From the NCBI GenBank assembly GCA_030167865.1, contig JALAGF010001947.1:1-42533 (forward strand): DNA of 42,533 nucleotides. Reading direction: 5' to 3'. The notes beneath the pieces are model-generated. The model searched no databases, was not told the origin of the DNA, and saw nothing but the letters and a program-made list of their open reading frames with translations. The DNA comes from Craspedostauros australis. Taxonomy: Eukaryota. The position numbers were made by a program, and so were the translations under genes. Below are positions 33,660 through 42,533 of the stretch, in pieces (the first letter of the stretch is position 1; every line of letters begins with the position of its first letter).

Positions 33660-35153
33660 ATGTTCAGCAATAGAAGAAGTTGTTGCACGGCGGCCATTTT
33701 GGCTGTAGCATTGATTGCAACAGCGCAGGCATTCCAATCCTTTCAACCATCAACACACAGCCATGCAAATGCCAGGCTCCACCCGACAACCGTCCGATCT
33801 CATTCATTCCGTTTGCAAGCACAACTGGGAAGAAGCTCGCAGAATAGCAGCCACCGTCATCACCAATGCAATCGCAAAGGCCAAAGCAGCAGCACGATGC
33901 TGTTTGCAGACTCGGCATCGCTCAATGACGATCTGGAAGAGAAGGAGTATATGTTGTGGGAGGAGATGGCGCTCACCTTCCACCCCAACCTCGATGAGAA
34001 TGACTTTGAGCAGATGAAGGGATTCGTCAACACCGTCACTCTGCTGCGAGTTGGACTCCCGGCGGCCTTCATCGCCAGCTCCGCCTGCCTCTCCTATCCC
34101 ACGGTCTCCCTCGAACTGGCATCGCTCATCAACGACTCCGGCGTCTTCAGCGTTGTGGCGCAGGATGCGTCGCAGTACATCCAGAACATCCTCACAACCT
34201 CTGGTCTCATGTTCTCCATCCTCCTCGGACAGACGTACTACTTCATGTACCAGCAGCAGGAGGCGATTTACTTGGCGCTCTTCGAGGAGGTCGCCACCAC
34301 CAAGTCCTTGATGGAGCAGGTCGGCCTGGTCTCGCGAGGACGCCAGCAGCTCTACACCGCCATCATGTCCAGTATCCAGGAATACGTCAACGAAGATCTC
34401 TCCAAATTCAATGACATCGAACCAGCCGAGATGATCTCGGCACGTCCCATGGACGACCCCCTCGAGGAGGTCCTGTACCTCACCAGCGTGGGCGAACCAT
34501 CGATGGTGTACCAGACCGTCAAGTCCCTGCGACAGGCCCGCGCCTACCGACTGGGCGCCCTGCAACGCAAGCTCCCAGAGATCCAAATGATCCTGCTGTG
34601 GACGCTGGCCACCATCACGCTGTTCACCTTCCCGCTCCTGGGCGCCGGTTCGCAGACCATCGGAGGCATAGGCATTCTGAACGTGCAGGCGTGGTACCTG
34701 GGATTCCTCGTGTTCGGCATCAGCATCACGATGGGCATCGTCAACGAACTGCGCACGCCATCCAGGGTGGGTGCCTACAATGCCCGGACGGTGTTGCATC
34801 TTCTGGTGGAAGGCCTCAAGGATGAAGTGGAGATGAGGATGAACGGCTCCATCAGTCCACCAACTCTCGAGATGGAACCGACGGTCGACAATGACGGCTT
34901 CATCCTATCGCCCAGCGCGGCCGCGGCCATGCCGGATGGTATCGTCGACGGAAGAACCACGATCCGAAACTCAGCTTTGCTCGAGGCCGTTCCTGAAGCG
35001 GAGAATGTCCTGACTGCCTTTGAGAATGCCAAGATCGTGGACAATGTCGATGGGACCTTTGCGGAGACCGCGGAAAAGCAAATTGCGGCAACCAAGCCAC
35101 CCAAACGACGGGGCTTTCGGGAGCGTCTCTTTGGCAAGAACAAGCGCGATTGA
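33660..35153 (+). CDS. Nucleus-encoded plastid-targeted multi-pass membrane protein (possibly DUF4239/bestrophin-like), 497 aa
   Basis: ATG at 33660. Signal peptide ends AQA|FQSF (diatom ASAFAP-type motif) and is followed by a Ser/Arg/His-rich, acid-free transit peptide. About four hydrophobic segments are arranged in two pairs around a helical soluble region (GLMFSILLGQTYYFMYQQQEAIYLALFEEV..). Strong codon bias. The family call is tentative. Confidence 0.8.
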   Translation: MFSNRRSCCTAAILAVALIATAQAFQSFQPSTHSHANARLHPTTVRSHSFRLQAQLGRSSQNSSHRHHQCNRKGQSSSTMLFADSASLNDDLEEKEYMLWEEMALTFHPNLDENDFEQMKGFVNTVTLLRVGLPAAFIASSACLSYPTVSLELASLINDSGVFSVVAQDASQYIQNILTTSGLMFSILLGQTYYFMYQQQEAIYLALFEEVATTKSLMEQVGLVSRGRQQLYTAIMSSIQEYVNEDLSKFNDIEPAEMISARPMDDPLEEVLYLTSVGEPSMVYQTVKSLRQARAYRLGALQRKLPEIQMILLWTLATITLFTFPLLGAGSQTIGGIGILNVQAWYLGFLVFGISITMGIVNELRTPSRVGAYNARTVLHLLVEGLKDEVEMRMNGSISPPTLEMEPTVDNDGFILSPSAAAAMPDGIVDGRTTIRNSALLEAVPEAENVLTAFENAKIVDNVDGTFAETAEKQIAATKPPKRRGFRERLFGKNKRD

Positions 35154-36299
35154 TGCGGTTGGGGGCGACAATGATGTTGGAGCTGATTGGCAGGTCGTAG
35201 GTGGGCAGTGTGCAGACGGGACGGATTCGTAAGTGTCGCATTCAGCAATACAGGTGGATGGGAAGATGGAGGTACCGAAAGACTTTGCGCATGAATATGG
35301 TACTTGACGATTGATAAGTGCAAGACTTGTATGCGTAGAGTACGGAGTATGCGAAGATTCAACTTGACAATGCAAGGTACCAACAATTGGTCTAGTTTCT
35401 AGTGTTTGCAGGTCTGCATTGATTGTATAGTAAACAGTTCGGCAATGGTAGGTAGGTATGTAGGTTGCACTCTTCGGGGAGAGTGGTGCAGTTGGTGTAT
35501 CCGTATCTCCAGGTTGCATGCCACGCCGTGGGTGATCGTTCAGTTGTGCGAGCCCAAGCAATTGCTCTGCACTATTCGAAGAAGAAGACTACACAAGTAA
35601 ACCGCCAGAAATAGTCAAGGCGGCAACTCGAACAGCGCGTGCGCACTTTTTGAACTTGAGACTGCCAGTTAACGCAACGACCACAACAGCAAAACTGGAA
35701 TTTAACGCAACCAAGTTTACCGATTACCAGCGGTACTTGCAAAATTAAACCAGAGCAAACCCACCAAACCCAGCCGTTCTGTCCCTCTCAGCAGCCACGT
35801 AAGAGCTGTACCAGAAATGCGCGTAGGCGTCGAATTCAAAAATTATGAACAGCCGAACACCACCACCAAACAGTTTTGCAGAGTGGCAAAGAGAGGTCGC
35901 GCACGTAAATCGCGTTGATTTGCGCGAGGTGTGTGGGGGATAGCGATCGCAAACCCACGTAAATTGCCAGCAACAACACGATAATGCACACCAAAACCCA
36001 TCCGCGACGATGAAGTGATGGACTGACAACAAAGACCACAAACAACTCAGTCACCAGCGACAACAGAAGCAGCAAAAAACAGTTTTGGCAGCCACTGGTC
36101 GTCCCAAAGGGCAAAGTCAACCACATCGAGTCGGTCAATCCAAACAGCCCACATCATCCAGTTGCTCACAATTTGAAAGCCATCGAGGCAAAGCATCCTC
36201 CGGGTATCATCCATTGCCCTCACGAACACACACACACACACATCATCCATTGCATCATCCAAAACAAGGCAAGTTAGAAGCAAAGAGAAGCAAGAAGGC

Positions 36300-37706
36300 A
36301 TGATGACAGCTAGCAAAAAGATCTCGGCTCCAAGCAGCCCAAGCAAGCCCAACGGCAAGGGCAAGAGCAAGAGCAACGGCACAACCAATGGCAAGGACAA
36401 TGGCAATGACAAGAAGACCAGTTCCGTCGTCGTCCCCGTGCCTCCGGCCAACAACCATGCTGCTCTCATCACAATGCCGGCCGCCACCATCCCAGAGCAG
36501 TCGGCACCCGAACCATACGCCTACCCAATGGTGGCAACTGTGAAGGTGGCGCCCTTCAAGACCAAATCCCTCAACAGCGTCCACGTCACCAAGTGCACCG
36601 TCCCCCGCAGAACCGCCGACACCAACCAACCGCTGACTGTCGGCGAATGGACTAGATCCGTTGTGGAATCCAACCCCGATTGGCTCATCAAGCTCCTGCG
36701 CCGATGCATCGGCGACAAGAACGTTGCCATCCTCACGTACGGCGCGGGATACGAAACCTTGGTCCTGATGGATGAGGCGGTCGGCACCATCCCGGTCAAG
36801 TTCGCCGATATCACCCGCGTTCCCGTGGGTCTGTCGACCAGCTCCTGCACATCCGGCGATGACGAAGTCAAGCTGGCAGCGCGAGGTGTTTTGACGCCAA
36901 CGGATCTCATTTGGGACCATCTGCGATTCCAGAGTCAGGACACGTCGAACACCAAGCCAGACTCCTGCCTGTGTCTGCACAACAAGCTGACTCTGTTTGG
37001 TCCGACGGAAGCCACTCACAAGAGAGTGCTGCAGATCAACACGAACGCACCCAGCGACCCCAACGCATTCAAGGAGGCCATCTCCAACGCCCAGTTCGAA
37101 GCCGAAGTGCATGCGACATGGAGCGGCGCGCGCTTCGGAACCACCGATGTCGTGGTGACGGAAGAGGAAGGTGTGTCCGACATCGTCTTCAACTCGCTGG
37201 AGCTCATCCTCCTCGAGAAGGCCCTCCTCGATCAGCTCCAAGAAGAAGACATGGTCATCGACGTCAACGCCGAGTACGGCGAGAGTGAGATCGAGGCTGG
37301 CCTTGCCGTCATCCACCGCGCCAACGACCAGTTCCGCGAGTTCACCAAGCGCACCCGCAAAAAGACCACGAAGTCGGAGGACGACGCAACGGCTCCACCC
37401 AAGAGCCCAACGAGGAAGCCTGCCTCACCAAAAACGGCCGCGCCCAAGGGTCCAGCGAAGAAGGCGCCCACCAAGGCCGCAGCGGCCAAGGCAGCGAAAC
37501 TCATGAAGGAAGAGGAGGACGCAACAGAACAAATCCAGTCACCACAAGATGAAAGTCCGGAAGCCCCACCCACCATCCGATCCTCCAAGTCCAGGAGCCG
37601 GCGTTCCTCTTCCAAATCCAAGAAGGGCAAGCGCGATCGCTCTGTCGAGGGCACTTCCTCGTCGCGTTCCAAGCGCAGCAGAAAGTCCACCAGGGAGAAG
37701 AAGTAA
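36300..37706 (+). CDS. Hypothetical protein, 468 aa, probably nuclear (Lys/Ala/Pro-rich and Arg/Ser-rich C-terminal tail)
   Basis: Long intronless ORF with strong coding-type codon bias. Globular-looking core of ~270 aa with no recognised family. Basic tail PPKSPTRKPASPKTAAPKGPAKKAPTKAAAAKAAK..SKSRSRRSSSKSKKGKR. Confidence 0.85.
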   Translation: MMTASKKISAPSSPSKPNGKGKSKSNGTTNGKDNGNDKKTSSVVVPVPPANNHAALITMPAATIPEQSAPEPYAYPMVATVKVAPFKTKSLNSVHVTKCTVPRRTADTNQPLTVGEWTRSVVESNPDWLIKLLRRCIGDKNVAILTYGAGYETLVLMDEAVGTIPVKFADITRVPVGLSTSSCTSGDDEVKLAARGVLTPTDLIWDHLRFQSQDTSNTKPDSCLCLHNKLTLFGPTEATHKRVLQINTNAPSDPNAFKEAISNAQFEAEVHATWSGARFGTTDVVVTEEEGVSDIVFNSLELILLEKALLDQLQEEDMVIDVNAEYGESEIEAGLAVIHRANDQFREFTKRTRKKTTKSEDDATAPPKSPTRKPASPKTAAPKGPAKKAPTKAAAAKAAKLMKEEEDATEQIQSPQDESPEAPPTIRSSKSRSRRSSSKSKKGKRDRSVEGTSSSRSKRSRKSTREKK

Positions 37707-37958
37707 GCAAACGCGGTCTAAAGTAATGTCATGGGAGTACGTCCGTAATTATTCTATGATTTTGAAATGTTGAGGTTTGCACCGGATTTGTTGTGTTCGT
37801 GTGTGTTTGTATGTGTATGCGAAATCATCATTATATTGGCCATGCACGCAAGTGTATGCATTGCTCCACTATGACTGGCATAGGATTGTTGCAACGGATT
37901 CTGTGAGAGACGGAAGCGCAGCATGTACTGCGCTCAATGCTGCACTCCCTCAACCACC

Positions 37959-38411
37959 TCACTCCTTCTCCGAATCGCCGAACTGCTCCTTCCAGATCTT
38001 GCCCCAGCGTTCCTTCGTCTTCTGAAAGTGCGACGTCTGCACATCCTTCTCTTCCTGCAGCTTGTCCTTCACCTTGTCCGCCTTGCGCATGACCTCCTTC
38101 TGCTTCTTTTCCAGCTTGACACGCTCCCGTTTCAGCTGCTTCTTGGCGTTGGCGGCCTCCTTCTCCAGCACCTCGGCCTGTTCCTCGACGCGTTTCTTTT
38201 GCATCCCGAACCATGCCTTGGTCTCATCCGACACGACGGCCTCCGCCTCGGCCTTGAGCTTCTCCACGGATTTCTTCTTGCTCTGGTCGCGCTCGACGCC
38301 GTTGTCGGGCAGGACGGTGGATTGACCGAATCGCCAGACCGTGGCGTCCGTGATGCAGCAGCTCATTGCGAGCACCAGCAGCAGGAACATCGTCATTGGG
38401 TTCTTCATCAT
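37959..38411 (-). CDS. Small secreted coiled-coil protein C (150 aa)
   Basis: ATG at 38411/38408 after an ACA/ACG-rich leader. Signal peptide MMKNPMTMFLLLVLAMSCCITDA, then WRFGQSTVLP, then a Lys/Glu-rich helical region. Strong codon bias (aag, gag, gcc). Confidence 0.8.
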   Translation of the reverse strand: MMKNPMTMFLLLVLAMSCCITDATVWRFGQSTVLPDNGVERDQSKKKSVEKLKAEAEAVVSDETKAWFGMQKKRVEEQAEVLEKEAANAKKQLKRERVKLEKKQKEVMRKADKVKDKLQEEKDVQTSHFQKTKERWGKIWKEQFGDSEKE

Positions 38412-39152
38412 CTTGGTCGTCGTCGTTGTTGTTGAGATCTGTGATTTGTGGCTTCTTGCGAGTTGTGTCTTGTGGACGATGTCTTCCAGTGCGAAACTCG
38501 GGAGGGTGGCTACGATCTGGAGAGGAGGAATCAAGATTCCAAGATGCTTCTGGATGAGAAAGGTGGAAGGCGAAGATACGATGTCATGAGGGATGCGTGT
38601 CGAGGGCAGTGCCTGGAGAAACGCCGCACAACGTGGCGCATCACGATCAACACGGTGATGGCGCCAAAGATACCCCACGAAAGGATTTAAAAGTAATCGT
38701 GATTGGGTGTGACACCATCGCCATGATTGAGAACCCAACACGAAAACACGATAAAGCTCGAAGAAGGACCTCTCAAGTCCAACTTGAAGAAGTACTCGGG
38801 ATTCAATAAGGACCAGTCGTGTGTGAGTCAGTCTTGTGTCGAATCTCCAACGCGACAAAAGAACAAGGTGAAGAAGAAAAAATGAAAAATGAAACATGAA
38901 ACGTGGAAAAAGGGATTTATGAACCAACATGCAACGTCACACACGATGAGAACGTCGACTGCAAGGATGAAGAAGAGTGCTGCGAAGAAGGGATGCAACA
39001 ATGGAAGGCATTGTTTGCTGATACAACACAATCGATGACAGTGAATGCGTTTCTGCCGAGTGCGACTATTCGAGCAGAGTATAATATAATAGATCGGAAG
39101 GAAGCCAACGTCAACGTCAACGTCCTCAGCGATAGTGATATCGACATCCACG

Positions 39153-40490
39153 ATGACGGCCATGACGCGTGCGAAATCAATACGGCTGGCGATGCTGCTG
39201 CCGTTGGCATTGGCATTGACAGCAACTGTGGAAGCAGTCCCTGCATTTCATCTCGACAACACTGCGAACGATGACAATGACAGCAGCAGCAGCAAAGCTC
39301 AGGATGAATGGAGAAATCAGGCATTCCTAAGTCATCGCAGCCAGCGTCGGAGTCAGGATCATTTGCAGTCCCAAAGTGAGATGCAGCGACCGACGATCAG
39401 GTCGCTCGATCATTCGTACAGGAATCGGGTTGGATCGCGGCAATCACTGCAGCAACAGCACATGAATGCTGAGCTTGATGATAATGATGATGATCCAACA
39501 GCAGATGCATCGCAGCAACAAGCGCGATTGATGTTGTCCGAAGTGGCAACGTCGCTGTTGCAAACGGATGATGGCGACGACAGCACCGGCGGAGTTCATT
39601 ATCACTCCAATCCCTTCGTTCAAGAGTTGCAACGCCAGGAGCAGGAATGGCGACGGCAGAGAGAGCTCGATGAAGACGAGGCCGCCACAGCACAGAAACA
39701 GGGCAGATTCCTACAGAAATCGCCACAGACCTCCTTGTTGTCCTTGCTGGGTACGGGCGCTCTGCTTGGCATTGCCACAGTCTTCGATCCCACCATCACC
39801 ACGGTATCCATCGAAGGTCTCCAAAAGCTCGCCAAGGACTCCATCTCGGCTCTGCTATTGTCGTGGATACCGATCCTGCTGCTGGGCGACGTTCAGCAGT
39901 CGCTGGGAGTCGGCTGGGTGGAGCTGTCGTCGGCCGCCTTCGTGATGCTGCAGACTTCCTCTGTGCGGCAGTATCTCATTCAAACAATCCTGCCGACCAT
40001 GCGCACGACCATGCGCAAACTGCTGCTGGCCGAAATGTGGAAGCAGATCTGGAGCATCGTCTGGAGTCCGTTGCCGCAACCCATGTTCACACCCAAAGAG
40101 TTGCATCTACGCGAAGGCGTGCCGCAATGGTTGCTGTCGCCGTTGCAGTATGCGACCAAGCTGATTGACAAGTACACGCAAGGCTTGATCAAATCCAACA
40201 TCAAGGAAAACGTGATGGCGGCGGTGGGTGGCATCACGTCATCCGCCGAGCTGCCCGAAATTACCGTGCTGCAGTGGCGCGAAATGGCGCAGGAAGACCA
40301 GGAATCCGTGGAGCTGTACGTGTCACGGGATGTGGAAGAAGCTGGTGCGAATACTGCCAGTAGTGGAGATAGCCGGATCGTGGAGGAACAGATTGGTGGC
40401 GTTGAATCAATCGAGGAAAGTGATGATGACGAGCCTTTGGTCGAGGATGTGGCTGAGGAAGAGGAGGAATGGGAGCCTGTGGAAGCATGA
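39153..40490 (+). CDS. Hypothetical secretory-pathway/organellar membrane protein, ~445 aa
   Basis: ATG at 39153 (or 39162). Signal peptide LAMLLPLALALTATVEA, a polar Q/D-rich region, several hydrophobic segments (LLSLLGTGALLGIATVF; ISALLLSWIPILLLG; LGVGWVELSSAAFVML) and an acidic C-terminus. Confidence 0.8.
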   Translation: MTAMTRAKSIRLAMLLPLALALTATVEAVPAFHLDNTANDDNDSSSSKAQDEWRNQAFLSHRSQRRSQDHLQSQSEMQRPTIRSLDHSYRNRVGSRQSLQQQHMNAELDDNDDDPTADASQQQARLMLSEVATSLLQTDDGDDSTGGVHYHSNPFVQELQRQEQEWRRQRELDEDEAATAQKQGRFLQKSPQTSLLSLLGTGALLGIATVFDPTITTVSIEGLQKLAKDSISALLLSWIPILLLGDVQQSLGVGWVELSSAAFVMLQTSSVRQYLIQTILPTMRTTMRKLLLAEMWKQIWSIVWSPLPQPMFTPKELHLREGVPQWLLSPLQYATKLIDKYTQGLIKSNIKENVMAAVGGITSSAELPEITVLQWREMAQEDQESVELYVSRDVEEAGANTASSGDSRIVEEQIGGVESIEESDDDEPLVEDVAEEEEEWEPVEA

Positions 40491-41022
40491 GCACGTTGTA
40501 TTCAATACATGTATGGTATAGTATGGCATGTATACTAAGAGTAGAGTTGTGGCAATGATGTCACATTGTTGGTCCTGAGTGGCTGCCGTGGTTGCCGATG
40601 TCGTTGCTTCTCCTATGTCATGGGAGTCTAACATTTACAAGTATCGTCGTACCAACAATCTGAGTTTCAAACTCTGATGTTGTTGTATGCTAGTCGGACT
40701 GATTGGGTGTGGAATAGCTTCCTGAATTCAAAAAGAGAATCTCTGGTTGAATGTTGAGGATCGGGACCACGAACGTAACACGCACACCAAGACAGTCGCA
40801 CAACCAACACGGAGAAACTCCGACAATGACAACAAACGGAAAAACGAGAACGCCAACCACATGGAAAAAAGATCGGCACCAAACCCAACCGTCAGCGTCA
40901 ACAACAACATCAACCACGACATCATCGAAAACAACAGTGATCGGCGGCTTCGCAATTTCAGGGGGCACAGCAACAACAATCACACCTGACGCAGCACACA
41001 AGACACAAATTTCATGATTCAT

Positions 41023-41052
<30 letters not shown>
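41023..41052. repeat. (AGCAAC)5 hexanucleotide microsatellite
   Basis: agcaacagcaacagcaacagcaacagcaac seen directly. Confidence 0.8.
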
Positions 41053-41053
<1 letters not shown>

Positions 41054-41598
41054 ACGACAACAAGAAGCCCGCCGCAACACTCATCGCCTCACTCATTCCA
41101 ACACATGCAAAGGAGCACCATTGAGCTGTTCGCACAGTTGTGAACATTGCAACCTCACACGACCACTTTCGCTCATCGTTCATTTCGGCAACCGGCCAAG
41201 TCATCCTGGGGGCAATCAGCACACAGGAAGCAACCAGCAAGGCAGGCGACCCTCGACCCGAACCCGGGCAATCGGAGCAGCACCCACGGCAATAGAGTAC
41301 TCGTGCTCGACCGCAACGACATCGCAGCCCTCGGATTGGTTTCGTCACCAACAGGAACAACACAAGCATCGAAAGCGCAGCCCAAAATTGGTCGCGCATC
41401 TCTTCATCTGAGTATTCCACTTTGCTCCATCATCCATCAATTGCTTTCTGAGGAACAAGTCCATCAATTGCGCGATTGCGCGATCATCTCACAAAACAGA
41501 GAGCACGCAGAGTCAAAGACCATCATTCACAACGCAAAACAACATAACGCAAAGCTCATCAAACAATTCCATCAAGCATCGCATCCACAACCTTCACG

Positions 41599-41799
41599 AT
41601 GAGTTCCACAACAGCATTCAATTTCCTTGCCGTGCCCATCGGCTTCACGGTCCTCAACCTCCTGTTCGCCATGTTCATCAACCAGCGGCATTCGCAGGTT
41701 GCTGGCCTCACAGTGGTGGAGGCTTGGGTTCCTCTCGATTCGGACGCAGTGGCAGATACGTTCCTCTCCGTGAACAGCGACGATTTTTTGTTTGAATGA
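41599..41799 (+). CDS. Possible small single-TM protein (66 aa)
   Basis: ATG in ACGATG context after a CAA-rich leader. Preferred codons (ttc, ctc, aac, gcc, atc). Hydrophobic FLAVPIGFTVLNLLFAMFI and an acidic C-terminus. No family recognised. Confidence 0.45.
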   Translation: MSSTTAFNFLAVPIGFTVLNLLFAMFINQRHSQVAGLTVVEAWVPLDSDAVADTFLSVNSDDFLFE

Positions 41800-42533
41800 A
41801 GCGCGAGAAGCAACGCCATGGAACAAGTCAGAACGACGACGCGATGGGATTCCTTCGCAACGGTAGATGGCGCGCCGTTCAATCGACGAGATGAAAGAGA
41901 ACGAAGGGTGGGGCATCCCCACGAATGAAAGCCACAAAGCGCATCAGCCGTACGAGCAGACTTGATGCGCCAACACCCACGAGGACGACGCAAGAAGACC
42001 TCTTGCCAATCGATCCAACATCATATGCACGCGCACACACACACAAACAAGCGTGGATGAACAAGCATCCACAAGATGAACCTGTACAATATCACATATT
42101 CTATCACCTATAATATACATATGTAACAATAGCAACATCCGATCTCAAACAACAAACGAATACAGCAGAGTATTATACCAAGCAGATACGGACGTTATTA
42201 CCGGTTATTTGAGCGTTAGACTGGGCACTTGCAGCTGAATCGTACGCAGCAGAGTAGAGACCGCATCAGAGGTAAATGGCTCGTGCCTTGAGCTCATAAT
42301 CCGTTGTTTACTTCCAATTCCATGCCTTTTCCCAGTAGGAGAGTTTGGTTTATCATTGACTCGTCGCTCTTTCTGAGCAACATGAGAGGAACAGCCTGAG
42401 GAGGCTACGATAATACTGGAGCTGCAGAATCGTGTAGTATCCGCCATGGCCGGCACAGCCTGCGTAGTGCGGCGTCTCCTATGACAATCATGTGCTGATG
42501 TATATTGGTCAACATCAGAGGGACGTCAACTCA

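Noticed and set aside
38412-38930. Upstream extension of ORF 37959-38930
   Set aside because: Non-ATG start and UTR-like composition. The signal peptide begins at 38411.

Overview
Eukaryotic nuclear DNA, almost certainly from a diatom. This is inferred from a silicanin-family gene with an RXL propeptide motif, a bipartite signal-peptide+Phe plastid presequence, GT-AG introns of about 165-270 nt and microsatellite-rich spacers. Well-supported genes are: a U-box-only protein, a GH72 (Gas1-like) beta-1,3-glucanosyltransferase, a silicanin-like membrane protein, a bacterial-type LRR-protein kinase (2 exons), a PLAC8 protein (2 exons), a Qc-SNARE (2 exons), a very long PMS2/MutL-alpha endonuclease subunit (3 exons), a GT11-like glycosyltransferase (2 exons) and a plastid-targeted membrane protein. 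There are also several orphan ORFs. No rRNA, tRNA, CRISPR array or recognisable transposon ORF was seen. The most unusual signal is a set of three small, intronless, minus-strand ORFs with predicted signal peptides (17.1, 32.3 and 38.0 kb). They share short motifs pairwise: W-R-F-G-x-S-x-V-[IL]-P just after the signal peptide, and a C-terminal D-P..Y.R[NH][VI]..M-x-x-Y-Q-Y. This architecture resembles a modular secreted pre-pro-peptide family. All family assignments come from motif recognition by eye; no database search was run.
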